Source: an uncultured Methanomicrobiales archaeon (GTDB lineage: Archaea > Halobacteriota > Methanomicrobia > Methanomicrobiales > Methanospirillaceae). Taken from it: a DNA stretch of 64,000 nucleotides. Below the pieces are notes generated by a model. The model searched no databases and was not told the origin of the DNA. It was given only the letters and a program-made list of their open reading frames with translations. The DNA is taken from positions 32,001 through 96,000 of the forward strand of contig CAVWXH010000007.1 in the NCBI GenBank assembly GCA_963758915.1. Reading direction: 5' to 3'. Below are positions 1-9,201 of the stretch, piece after piece. The position numbers and the translations under genes are program-made. Numbering within the stretch: position 1 is the stretch's first letter; every line of letters begins with the position of its first letter.

Positions 1-1045
1 TTTCCTGCACATCAGCAAGGAGGAACAGAAACGGCGCCTCGAACACCAGGAAAGAAACCCGCTGACCGCGTGGCAGGTCACCCCACGGATCTGGGCAGTC
101 CATCACCAGTACGATGAGAACCTGCAGGTGATCGATGACCTGATCGAGAAAACGGATACCGATTATGCACCATGGCATATAATCCCGGCAACAGACCTCG
201 GGTTGGCACTGTTGAAAGTTAATTCAGCCCTGGTGAAGGCACTGGAAGACCGGATCGATAAAAAAATTACTGACAGGAAAGGCACCACGAAGAAAGAGAA
301 GAATTTCAACAGGGAAGTCCACCTCCCGAAGGCAAGGATGGTACAACTTGAGTCATCACCCCCTGCAGCCTGCATTAAGGAAGAATGCCAGGCGTCACTT
401 GAACACCTCCAGTTCGAGATGATCGAGTTCCATTCTATCCTGCACAAGCGTAAGATCCCGTTGATTATTGTCTATGAGGGACGGGACGCTGCCGGAAAAG
501 GGGGTAGTATCCTTCGGATTTCACGGTTTATGCACCCGTTCGGTTTCAATGTCGCGCCGGTTGGTGCACCTACCGATACCGAGAAAAAGCACCATTATCT
601 CTGGAGATTTTACCAGAAGTACCCGAAAGCCGGGCATATCACCATCTTTGACCGGAGCTGGTACGGGCGTGTCCTTGTTGAACGGGTGGAGGGGTTCTGT
701 TCAGAAAATGAATGGAAACGGTCGTACACTGAGATCAATGAAATGGAAGAGGAATTTACCGATAATGGGGGAGGTATCATTAAGTTCTGGCTTGAAATCA
801 ATAAAGATGAGCAGCTGAAACGGTTCCAGCAGCGTGTTGCTGACCCGTTAAAGATCTGGAAAATTACAGAAGAAGACTGGCGGAACCGGGAGAAATGGGA
901 CCTCTATACCCGGGCAATCGATGATATGCTCTCATATACCAACACCGATTATGCACCCTGGACCGTCATTCCGTCTGATGATAAATGGTATGCCAGGGTC
1001 AAGACGATGAAGACGCTCGTGGACTATGGACAATCAATTTTTTGA
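1..1045 (+). CDS. Polyphosphate kinase 2 family, two-domain polyphosphate:AMP phosphotransferase (5'-truncated by window edge)
   Basis: Frame open from nt 2 (FLHISKEEQKRR, end of first PPK2 domain); second domain has EGRDAAGKGG Walker A, FDRSWYGRVLVERV and KFWLEI/WKITEEDW. Confidence 0.9.
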   Translation, partial: FLHISKEEQKRRLEHQERNPLTAWQVTPRIWAVHHQYDENLQVIDDLIEKTDTDYAPWHIIPATDLGLALLKVNSALVKALEDRIDKKITDRKGTTKKEKNFNREVHLPKARMVQLESSPPAACIKEECQASLEHLQFEMIEFHSILHKRKIPLIIVYEGRDAAGKGGSILRISRFMHPFGFNVAPVGAPTDTEKKHHYLWRFYQKYPKAGHITIFDRSWYGRVLVERVEGFCSENEWKRSYTEINEMEEEFTDNGGGIIKFWLEINKDEQLKRFQQRVADPLKIWKITEEDWRNREKWDLYTRAIDDMLSYTNTDYAPWTVIPSDDKWYARVKTMKTLVDYGQSIF

Positions 1046-1282
1046 GTTTTCCCGGATATCCAGCCCTTTTTTCCGGAACTTTCAGGTCATGTTACAACAC
1101 GAAAATCTGCCGGTTGCACCAGGAAATTTCCGTTATAACATTCGAAATTTCACGGGATGACGATTCCTTCGCCATGGATACATACCAAATGAGAACCCCG
1201 CATGGTACCGGGGAATGGAAACGTCCATGTTTAAGAACAATCATTACGATAGTTCTAATGGAATTACAGGCCGGGTCTTCTC

Positions 1283-2806
1283 TTGCACCAGGAACACAGT
1301 ACAGCGTCAGGAATACGGCTGATAACCGCTGTTATTTTCATTATCCTTCTTATACTGCCAGGTGTGGCCTTCGCAGAGACTCTGGTAAATAATACCTCAG
1401 GCCACAATAGCACGACCAGTGTAGTAAAGGGGATCACCAGCCAGCTGCCAACACAGGACCCTGTGCTACCCCTGGCCCGGGAAAACACGACCGTTACCGT
1501 CAATCCACCTCCCACCCTCGTCCTCGGTACACCCAGGATTGAAAATCTCACCATTACCATGTACGGGGCAGTCGCTCCCGGCTCGGTGAACGTGACCCTG
1601 CTGTACACCCGCTGGGACTGGGGGGACAACCGCACACCGGAATACCATGGGTTCCCGTACTCGCATGTCTATGGCAGTCCCGGGACGTATACCATCTCGA
1701 TCACCGCCATGCAGTCAGACGGGCAGAATACCACCAAAACTACGACTATTTCCGTGGTGCAACCCATCATCATTTATTCGCTTCCCGTGACGCAGAATAC
1801 CTCTGCCCCGGGAGCTCCGGGGCGACCCGCCATGATAGCAGGTGTACCGGTACTGACCCTCCTTGAACCGGTGATCGACAGGATGAATGTCACACTGAAC
1901 GGGAATCTCAATCCCGGATCACCGGGTGCCGCCATCGAGTCGGTGAGTGTTGACTGGAATGACGGAAACATCACGAGATCTTCCGATCTCCCGGTAACTC
2001 ACCAGTACTCCGGTTTCGGGATTTACACTATCAGCATTACAGGAAACCAGTCCGACAACCAGTCAACCACCAGGAGACTTACACTGGACCTGAAGGAAGA
2101 GAAAAACGGCTTCCCCGACCTCAACGGACCTGCCGCATCAGGCCCTCCGCCAGTTGAACCTCCGGTGTACCTCATTATACTCGTTACAGTCGTCATCGTA
2201 GTGGCCACCATTGCCGTTGTGCAGCGGATCGCTCAGCGGAGGAAAGGATCGCTCCATGCCGGGGAGGTCCCGAAAAAATATTCACCGAGAGCAGGTCTGA
2301 TGCCGGTTAAACCGCTTTCACCGGAAGAACTAGGTACGATATGCTCCGGGACCGACGTTACACCGGGCGTGCTTGGTTCAGTCATCGGCGTCGCCATTGA
2401 AATTGCCCGGGAAGGGCGTGAGGGACAGGCGATCGGGACGTCCTTTATTGTCGGCGATAGTGGTAACGTACTGAACAATTCGAAACAGTTTGTCTTAAAC
2501 CCGTTCTATGGTTACCCTGAGGCCAAACGACAGATAACTGATGTTGAAATTCGAGGAAATATCAAGGAATTTGCCCAGCTGGACGGGGCGTTCCTCATCA
2601 CCGGCACCGGGGTCGTCGAGGCGGCAGGGAGGTGTATTACCGTAGACATGAGCCAGGTGGAACTTCCCGGGGGGATGGGGTCACGGCATTCGTCAGTCGC
2701 CGGAATAACCCAGGTCACCAAGGCAATAGGGGTCGTTGTCTCGCAGAGCGGTGGCCTGATCTCCATTTTCAGGGATGGAAAGATCGTTTACACTATCAAT
2801 TCGTGA
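1283..2806 (+). CDS. Membrane-anchored diadenylate cyclase (DisA_N/DAC) with signal peptide and two PKD-like domains
   Basis: Hydrophobic N-terminus ending AFA-E; two WDWGD/VDWND..H.Y...G.YTISIT PKD-type repeats; TM YLIILVTVVIVVATIAVV followed by QRRK; C-terminal REGREG, EFAQLDGAF, GSRHS and VVSQSGG DAC motifs. TTG start uncertain. Confidence 0.85.
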   Translation: MHQEHSTASGIRLITAVIFIILLILPGVAFAETLVNNTSGHNSTTSVVKGITSQLPTQDPVLPLARENTTVTVNPPPTLVLGTPRIENLTITMYGAVAPGSVNVTLLYTRWDWGDNRTPEYHGFPYSHVYGSPGTYTISITAMQSDGQNTTKTTTISVVQPIIIYSLPVTQNTSAPGAPGRPAMIAGVPVLTLLEPVIDRMNVTLNGNLNPGSPGAAIESVSVDWNDGNITRSSDLPVTHQYSGFGIYTISITGNQSDNQSTTRRLTLDLKEEKNGFPDLNGPAASGPPPVEPPVYLIILVTVVIVVATIAVVQRIAQRRKGSLHAGEVPKKYSPRAGLMPVKPLSPEELGTICSGTDVTPGVLGSVIGVAIEIAREGREGQAIGTSFIVGDSGNVLNNSKQFVLNPFYGYPEAKRQITDVEIRGNIKEFAQLDGAFLITGTGVVEAAGRCITVDMSQVELPGGMGSRHSSVAGITQVTKAIGVVVSQSGGLISIFRDGKIVYTINS

Positions 2807-2940
2807 GTCAGACAAGATTGATGGTGAACGGGAGTAGCGATTCTGCCCTTTTCGGATCAGGGGTACGCAATGTACAGGCTTTATCCCGGGGACTTTTGAG
2901 CCTGCCACGCCGTAGTACCAGGTGATCCTCTCGCTTTTCT

Positions 2941-3025
2941 GGCTGGTATGAAAAACTCCGGCAAAACAATCTGAAAGGCCACCTTTTTCATGCCCATCTA
3001 TGAGCCAAAAGGCTCATAGCACGCT
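2941..3025 (+). repeat. Dispersed ~85-bp hairpin repeat, copy A
   Basis: 79/85 identical to the reverse complement of 35827-35911; similar to 31294-31377; perfect hairpin CTATGAGCC-AAAA-GGCTCATAG at 2998-3019. Confidence 0.9.
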
Positions 3026-3281
3026 CTGTAGAAACCCTGCATAATTAAAAAAAAGCAGATAGGTAAGACCAGGAGGGGGTTTCACCCCCCCTGTCCCACC
3101 CCCGATAAGATATTCATTGGCAGGTTTCAATTGGGACATTCAGGGGAATTTCAGAGATTAAAGAGATTATTCCTTATCCCAACCAGGGTCGCCAAAGCGG
3201 CGGGAGAGCCCTGGGAGGGTGACGAAATTTTGGAATTACCAAAAATCTCGTAAGATAGATTTGATAGGGTTTCAACAAAAC
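3023..3281. mobile_element. MITE-like element with imperfect IS5/IS903-like terminal inverted repeats
   Basis: Left end GCTCTGTAGAAACCCT vs reverse complement of right end GTTTTGTTGAAACCCT (13/16); non-coding; interior recurs inverted at 18845-18948. Confidence 0.6.
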
Positions 3282-3386
3282 CGGAATAACACTTTTTTGG
3301 CGGGTATCAGCCACTTTTGGGCGATTATTCCGGATATTTTTCCGTGATGAAGACCGGTTAACATTTATTGCCTACGGATGGATCCC

Positions 3387-4094
3387 TTATCCGGTTTTTC
3401 TTCCATACGGGCAGATATACAGGCACAGGCCGCAGACCCCGACACCACGCGACTTCTCCAGCTCTTTGAAATACCGGTCACAAGCTGCAGCATCGAAGCG
3501 TACCTCACGCGGCTCATCACGGACAAATAATCTGCCGGTAAAGGCGTGCTGCGGGCAGATATCCACACACGCAGTGCATTCACCGCACTGCTGTTCAACA
3601 GGCGATCCGGTCGGGCGGAGTGGCGCATCGGTAAGAATGGTCACCCACCTGGCCCGGGGGCCGTGTTCAGGGGTGATCAGCAGGCAGCTCTTCCCGATCC
3701 AGCCCAGTCCTGCAAGATGTGCTGCGAGTTTGTGAGAGAATATGCCACTGATGTGATCATCATCCGTCCGCTTTGATGCCGGAATCGGAAACGCATCGAA
3801 TCCGGCCCGCCGCAACGTGTTTGCCACCCGAAGCGCCATCTGGTCAAGGGCGATGTTGACTACATCGTAACTGCTGTGACGATACAGGATTGCAGCGGCA
3901 GATTCTTTTTCCGGCAGGAGATTGACAAGATTATCCTGCAAAACCATACCGATGGTTATCGCTCCCGGATAGCGGGCAACCCGTTTCCCTCCCTGCGCCA
4001 GAATAAAATCATGTGCAGAAGAGAGATCAGCTACACCGAAATAGTCAGCATCCAGGGAGTGGGCAAGAGTCCTGATTTGTGCATCCAGATCCAT
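3387..4094 (-). CDS. QueG/reductive-dehalogenase-like 2x[4Fe-4S] protein
   Basis: SHKLAAHLAGLGWIGKSCLLITPEHGPRARW, CGECTACVDICP, CGLCLYICP; likely start MDLDAQ at 4094, since the longer ORF overlaps the MFS gene. Confidence 0.8.
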   Translation of the reverse strand: MDLDAQIRTLAHSLDADYFGVADLSSAHDFILAQGGKRVARYPGAITIGMVLQDNLVNLLPEKESAAAILYRHSSYDVVNIALDQMALRVANTLRRAGFDAFPIPASKRTDDDHISGIFSHKLAAHLAGLGWIGKSCLLITPEHGPRARWVTILTDAPLRPTGSPVEQQCGECTACVDICPQHAFTGRLFVRDEPREVRFDAAACDRYFKELEKSRGVGVCGLCLYICPYGRKTG

Positions 4095-4240
4095 AGGCAC
4101 CAGGCATATACCGATAGGATATTCGGACATTTCAGAATAGCGGTCAGACCCGGACGCTTGAGGGTGGTGCTGTGTAGTCAGGGAGATCGGACGCGACAGA
4201 CAAAAATCCTCATCTTCCAGCGCACCCAACACCTTCTTCC

Positions 4241-5620
4241 ATGTACGGGAACGGTGAGAAACGGGTCCTCCTGGTCGTGGCCTCACTTGCATCCTTTCTC
4301 GTCCCGTATACCGTCTCTTCGCTGAATGTGGCACTGCCGGCCATCAGTGCATCGTTTGGTATCGACGCCGTGATGCTGGGCTGGGTTACATCGGCATACC
4401 TGCTTACAGCCGCGATCTGCATCGTCCCGTTTGGCAGGCTTGCCGATATGTATGGGCGGAAGCGGTTTTTCATCCTGGGAAACGCCCTTTTCGCGTTGGG
4501 ATCGCTCCTTGCCGCCATCTCGTGGTCGGGCCCTGCCATTATCACGGCCCGGGTCATCCAGGCACTTGGGGGTGCGATGGTGTTCTCTACTTCGATTGCC
4601 ATCGTCACTTCTGTCTTCCCGCCCGGGGAACGGGGGCGGGCCATCGGGATTATCACGGCGACAGTGTACGCGGGACTCTCGCTTGGACCATTCATCGGCG
4701 GCGTCCTTACCTACAACATCGGGTGGCCCGCCATCTTCCTTGTCAATATCCCCCTCGCACTTCTCGTGATCGGGCTCACCGTTCTGTATATCCCCGGAGA
4801 ATGGACGGGAACGAACGAACGACGTTTCGATCTGGCCGGTGCAGCCCTGTACAGCCTGATGCTGTTCGGCTGCATCTACGGCCTTACCCAGCTGCCATCT
4901 CAATCCGGGATCTTCTGGGTGGTGTCCGGCCTGGTGATCCTCGCCCTGTTTGTCTGGTGGGAGCAACGGGTGCCGGCACCAATGGTCGAGATCTCGTTGT
5001 TCAGGAAGAGCCCTGTTTTTCTCTTCTCGAATATTGCAGCCCTGATCAACTATGCCATGGTCTTCGCCGTCGGGTTCCTCCTCAGCCTGTACCTGCAGTA
5101 TAACCGTGGTATAGACCCCCAGACCACGGGACTGATTCTCATCGCACAGCCGGTTGTCCAGATGATCGTCTCCCCGGTTGCAGGCCACCTCTCGGACAGG
5201 ATCGAGCCCCGGCTCCTGGCCACTGCCGGAATGGCGATTACCACGGCCGGCCTCGGCGTCCTGATGTTCCTCTCCCCGGGAACACCGCTCCTCGTCGTTA
5301 TCGGGGGGCAGGTTATTCTCGGCCTCGGGTATGGCCTGTTCTCATCGCCGAACACCAACGCCATCATGAGTTCCGTGAAGGTGCGGTACCTCGGTCTCGC
5401 TTCCAGCATGGTCTCCACGATGAGGGCCATCGGCCAGATGCTCAGCCTCGCCATTGCCATGCTCGTGTTTTCTGCGGTCATCGGGACGGTGCCTATCACA
5501 CCTGAGGTATATCCCGAACTTCAGCAAAGTGTCAATATCGCGTTTGCAATCTTTTTCGTCATCGGCCTGGTTGGTATAGCCGCATCGTATGCCCGGGGGA
5601 CGGGGCGTGAAGGCGTGTGA
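4241..5620 (+). CDS. MFS drug:H+ antiporter (DHA2/EmrB-QacA type)
   Basis: GRLADMYGRKR motif A; about 14 hydrophobic segments. Confidence 0.9.
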   Translation: MYGNGEKRVLLVVASLASFLVPYTVSSLNVALPAISASFGIDAVMLGWVTSAYLLTAAICIVPFGRLADMYGRKRFFILGNALFALGSLLAAISWSGPAIITARVIQALGGAMVFSTSIAIVTSVFPPGERGRAIGIITATVYAGLSLGPFIGGVLTYNIGWPAIFLVNIPLALLVIGLTVLYIPGEWTGTNERRFDLAGAALYSLMLFGCIYGLTQLPSQSGIFWVVSGLVILALFVWWEQRVPAPMVEISLFRKSPVFLFSNIAALINYAMVFAVGFLLSLYLQYNRGIDPQTTGLILIAQPVVQMIVSPVAGHLSDRIEPRLLATAGMAITTAGLGVLMFLSPGTPLLVVIGGQVILGLGYGLFSSPNTNAIMSSVKVRYLGLASSMVSTMRAIGQMLSLAIAMLVFSAVIGTVPITPEVYPELQQSVNIAFAIFFVIGLVGIAASYARGTGREGV

Positions 5621-5660
5621 TCCAGGTGGCAGGCCAGCCTCCAAGATCAATTTTGCATGG

Positions 5661-6740
5661 TTAATTCCTGCTGGACCATACCAGAACCCCCGATGCCATT
5701 GCAAGCAGGGGGCCCACTATAAAACCTGACCAGGACAATAAACCGAGGAGCCCGAGCAGTAGTAATTCAAGGACTGCACGTGATGGAATAGTACCTCGAT
5801 CCGACAGGCCCAACGAGATTTTAAGAAGAAAAATTCCCAGGATAACCGGGACCAGAATAACAATCAAGGTGACAAAGATCTTGGGAACATATCCGGTTAA
5901 CGATGCAGCATGAAGCAACTGTAACATGGTGACCGCCGCACCTCCGACATAAAACAGGCCGGCTGTTGCAGCCAGCCATGCCGGCACGCTCAACAGCACC
6001 CCGGTTTTTTTCTGGCGAAGGAACAGAAGCACCATCCCACCAATTACGATGGAAAAAAACGGGGCAATTATTATTACAAGCGACTGGCCTTCCCATTCAT
6101 GAATACCAATCACTGAATAGGGTATTGTGAGCCATTCGACCGTGGTAAACTGTTCATTTGACCCCGGCGCAAGGCTGTATTTTCCTCCCTCACTTCCATA
6201 GATGGCAACATAATAATCCCCGGGCTCCGTAATTTTTTCCCTGAACCGTGCAACCTCATAGACTGGCTGGGGTGTAAATGGTTCAAAGGACGGAATGCCG
6301 GGCTTTGAGCCAGGTATCACCTTCGCACCAGAACCCGGTGGAATTTCAATAAACGGCGGGACCTCACCAGAGTTTGTAATTCCCGGCCCGATAATTACTA
6401 TTGATGGGACCATGGAGTCCGGCCCTGGTACCTGGAGTGATCCCGAAAGTAACTGCCCGTTTTCCATGGTGAACTGGTAGTAACTGGCTTCATTTCCTTC
6501 ATCGAGTCCGGTATAAATTACAAATGATTTTTCAGGTTCAGAAATTTTTGTGGCATTTGAAAGTTGCCTATTTGAACCAGCATCAAGTGGTGCATGGGCG
6601 GTTACAGGTGTGATCACATAAAAAGAGAGTATGAGGACCACCAGGAGAAATGTCCGGAAATAAATCCAGTATTCATGATACACCAATAGATTACCCTGAG
6701 TTATTTGGATTTTTCGCCAGGATCCAATGGTGCGAAGCAT
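5661..6740 (-). CDS. Hypothetical membrane protein (extracellular N-domain plus ~4-5 C-terminal TMs)
   Basis: 359-aa ORF with signal-like segment ending VTA-HAP and hydrophobic C-terminus; start probably later. Confidence 0.65.
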   Translation of the reverse strand: MLRTIGSWRKIQITQGNLLVYHEYWIYFRTFLLVVLILSFYVITPVTAHAPLDAGSNRQLSNATKISEPEKSFVIYTGLDEGNEASYYQFTMENGQLLSGSLQVPGPDSMVPSIVIIGPGITNSGEVPPFIEIPPGSGAKVIPGSKPGIPSFEPFTPQPVYEVARFREKITEPGDYYVAIYGSEGGKYSLAPGSNEQFTTVEWLTIPYSVIGIHEWEGQSLVIIIAPFFSIVIGGMVLLFLRQKKTGVLLSVPAWLAATAGLFYVGGAAVTMLQLLHAASLTGYVPKIFVTLIVILVPVILGIFLLKISLGLSDRGTIPSRAVLELLLLGLLGLLSWSGFIVGPLLAMASGVLVWSSRN

Positions 6741-7054
6741 CCCTGAAAAGAGGGACGAAATTATTCCATGAAATCATTTCCTGTACCCGGTAATTCCTTA
6801 CACTCGTAACAGAAGGGGGGGGCCCGGGGTATAACCAGGGGCCCATCTCCCGTGCTTGTAATTTTCCGTAACCGGAAACAACAGGTCACGCAATCGTCAT
6901 AGCCGATAGCGGCCCATTTATCACCCCTTAAGGTCTTAATTCCAATTCAGACCAGTATTTGAAGGAAATTATCACATCATGCCCGACCGGATATCCCAGC
7001 CACTACACCAGTTCCTGGTAAAAAGACCTCTTAATGGCCCCGGGTTTTAACTAT

Positions 7055-7627
7055 TTAGTAAAGCAGGTTGCTTTGCGTTATTCTCACGGGAATAGTCCTG
7101 GAAATACTCGTCGGGGCCCCTGATTCCGGTAAGAGTTCCAGGGTAAACTGTTCATTTGGCAACAGGGGATGGGGCGGGCATGCACGTATGGTAATGATCT
7201 GGTTATTGTTGATGAGGTTGACCGGGCCTGGGCCTGAATTTCCATCAATGGCTGACCATTGCCCGGCCACCGGGGTTGTCCTGTTAAAATTAAGCTTCGC
7301 CGGGGTAGCATTATTTGTGCTCCAGGTGATACTCAGCCTCGAATAGTCCACCGGTATACCCCCAACAGCAGGGCCGACACTGAACTGAATTGTTTCAATA
7401 GCAGAGATATCATTATTCGAGATACCATATACGTCCCCTTTTAACGCAATATTCCCTGATGTCTGGGCTATACCTGCCTGGATGACCTGCTGGCTCTTTT
7501 GTGTGCTAAAAAAGCCTGCCCCCAGCATCACATATGAGAATACCGCAGCCACGACAACGAATGCAATCAGGACCATTGAGGCCTCGAGACCGGTGAATGC
7601 TTCATTACCCATAAATAATTTCACCAT
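7055..7627 (-). CDS. flaB: Archaellin (archaeal flagellin family)
   Basis: Class III signal/N-terminus NEAFTGLEASMVLIAFVVVAAVFSYVMLGAGFFSTQKSQ. Confidence 0.9.
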   Translation of the reverse strand: MVKLFMGNEAFTGLEASMVLIAFVVVAAVFSYVMLGAGFFSTQKSQQVIQAGIAQTSGNIALKGDVYGISNNDISAIETIQFSVGPAVGGIPVDYSRLSITWSTNNATPAKLNFNRTTPVAGQWSAIDGNSGPGPVNLINNNQIITIRACPPHPLLPNEQFTLELLPESGAPTSISRTIPVRITQSNLLY

Positions 7628-7697
7628 TTTTCAATTGGCTCCTGGTAACAAAGCAGAAGAGAGTGAGGGAACTAAACAAAAAAACGCCCGGACTCTT

Positions 7698-8162
7698 TCA
7701 TTTTCTACCGGAGAAACATTGTATTTCCCTGATTTTTACGCCCGGGAATGACTGTCCTGATTCCTGACCTTCATAAGGCATCGAGAAGTGTATCTGTTCA
7801 AAACGCCAGGCCCTGCCGGTATTTTTCAGGACGGCAGTCATCCTTCCAAGCATCCGGACCTGGTTGTCCCCGATAATTGCAGAAAATTCACTCCAGCAGG
7901 TGACCCAGGCCACCCGGCCCTCCCCATTGATACTCATTGCAGGAAACCCGAGGTATAAAGATTTCGCCTGATTAAAATCCCGTGCAATGCCAGCAAGAAG
8001 TTCCTTTTTGCCCTGGAACACTTCATCAGGACCACTTCCAAACCCGATAATATCCGGGGAACAGATCCTGGCAATACCCTGTTTGTCTTTTTTATGGTAC
8101 GCCTCCATATATTGCGCGAACGTCTCGATAATTTCCAGTTCCTGCTTTTCGGATAATGCCAT
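7698..8162 (-). CDS. NTF2/SnoaL-like domain protein
   Basis: GFGSGPDE, VAWV, RMTAVL..WRFEQIHFS pattern. Confidence 0.8.
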   Translation of the reverse strand: MALSEKQELEIIETFAQYMEAYHKKDKQGIARICSPDIIGFGSGPDEVFQGKKELLAGIARDFNQAKSLYLGFPAMSINGEGRVAWVTCWSEFSAIIGDNQVRMLGRMTAVLKNTGRAWRFEQIHFSMPYEGQESGQSFPGVKIREIQCFSGRK

Positions 8163-8407
8163 ATAATGCCCTTGTTCACCAGTTTATTTAAACTATTCAA
8201 TTTTGACTCCCAAAATATCATGCCAGATTCTGTCGCTGTTTCCACGCAGGAAGGGCAGAGTGGCGGGGGAACCTTATTCAGCACGACATCATATCAGGGG
8301 TAACCCAATGTAAACCCTTCATTTGCGTTTGAACGTCAGACCGGGGATCTGCAAGACCTGCATAAACACTGGCTATTAAAAAAAAGACTGGATGTATCTT
8401 TTTCCGA

Positions 8408-8998
8408 TCATCCAAGAGGTGCAACGGTCCTGCCATAAATATCGTTTAAGACAGGTGCAAATGCGGTGTAAATGGCCGCAAATCCGCTGATGATCCCCAC
8501 ATAGCCTCCGATCACCGTGAGAGTGCTGTTCCCGGTTGCAGCCCCTGCAGCGAGCAGGAAGAAGAGAAGGGCAAGCGTTCCAAGTACAAACTGGAGTGCT
8601 TTCGACATCTTTAAAGAACCGATAAACAGTATTGTCGTGAAAATACCCCACAATGCAAGGTATGCGGCGATTGCACCCGCACCCCCGGTAGTCTGTGCAA
8701 GACCGAGCACCGGAAGGAGGAGGAGGGCACCGAAGGAAAACCAGAACAGCCCATATGACGCATATGCCACCATCCCGTAGGTATTCCCTTTCTTCCACTC
8801 CATAAGGCCGGCAACAAATTGTGCGATCCCACCATAAAAGATGACCATGCCGAGGATCATCGATCCAACCTCGATCAACCCGGCGTTTGCAAGACCAAGG
8901 AGGACCCCGGTCATCCCGTAACCAAGGAGACCAAGTGCCCCTGCCCCCGCAGTGATATCCTTAATTTTAATAACTGACTCTCTCTCGTGTTCGCTCAT
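8408..8998 (-). CDS. Acetate uptake transporter (SatP/GPR1/FUN34/YaaH family)
   Basis: ALGLLGYGMT, FYGGIAQFVAGLMEWKKGNTYG, YGLFW; six TMs. Confidence 0.9.
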   Translation of the reverse strand: MSEHERESVIKIKDITAGAGALGLLGYGMTGVLLGLANAGLIEVGSMILGMVIFYGGIAQFVAGLMEWKKGNTYGMVAYASYGLFWFSFGALLLLPVLGLAQTTGGAGAIAAYLALWGIFTTILFIGSLKMSKALQFVLGTLALLFFLLAAGAATGNSTLTVIGGYVGIISGFAAIYTAFAPVLNDIYGRTVAPLG

Positions 8999-9201
8999 AA
9001 GAATACTCCTCGTTGAGTAAAGTCAATGGTGGGCTGGGATTGTATATATGGAAGATCTATTTCCTTCTATCAGACCACATTTAAAATCACTGTAAAGCGG
9101 TTACTATAAGACAGGTCCTTCATCATTGGAAACCTGGTGTGGGATACATCCGGTTAATTCAATGATACTTTTATTCCCGGTGTGGTCTCAACTACTAGTT
9201 C

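Noticed and set aside
1-2806. PPK2 and the DAC gene as one operon
   Set aside because: A ~240-bp gap with T-rich terminator-like tracts after PPK2; no evidence beyond adjacency
4283-5188. 301-aa minus-strand ORF
   Set aside because: Antisense shadow of the MFS transporter
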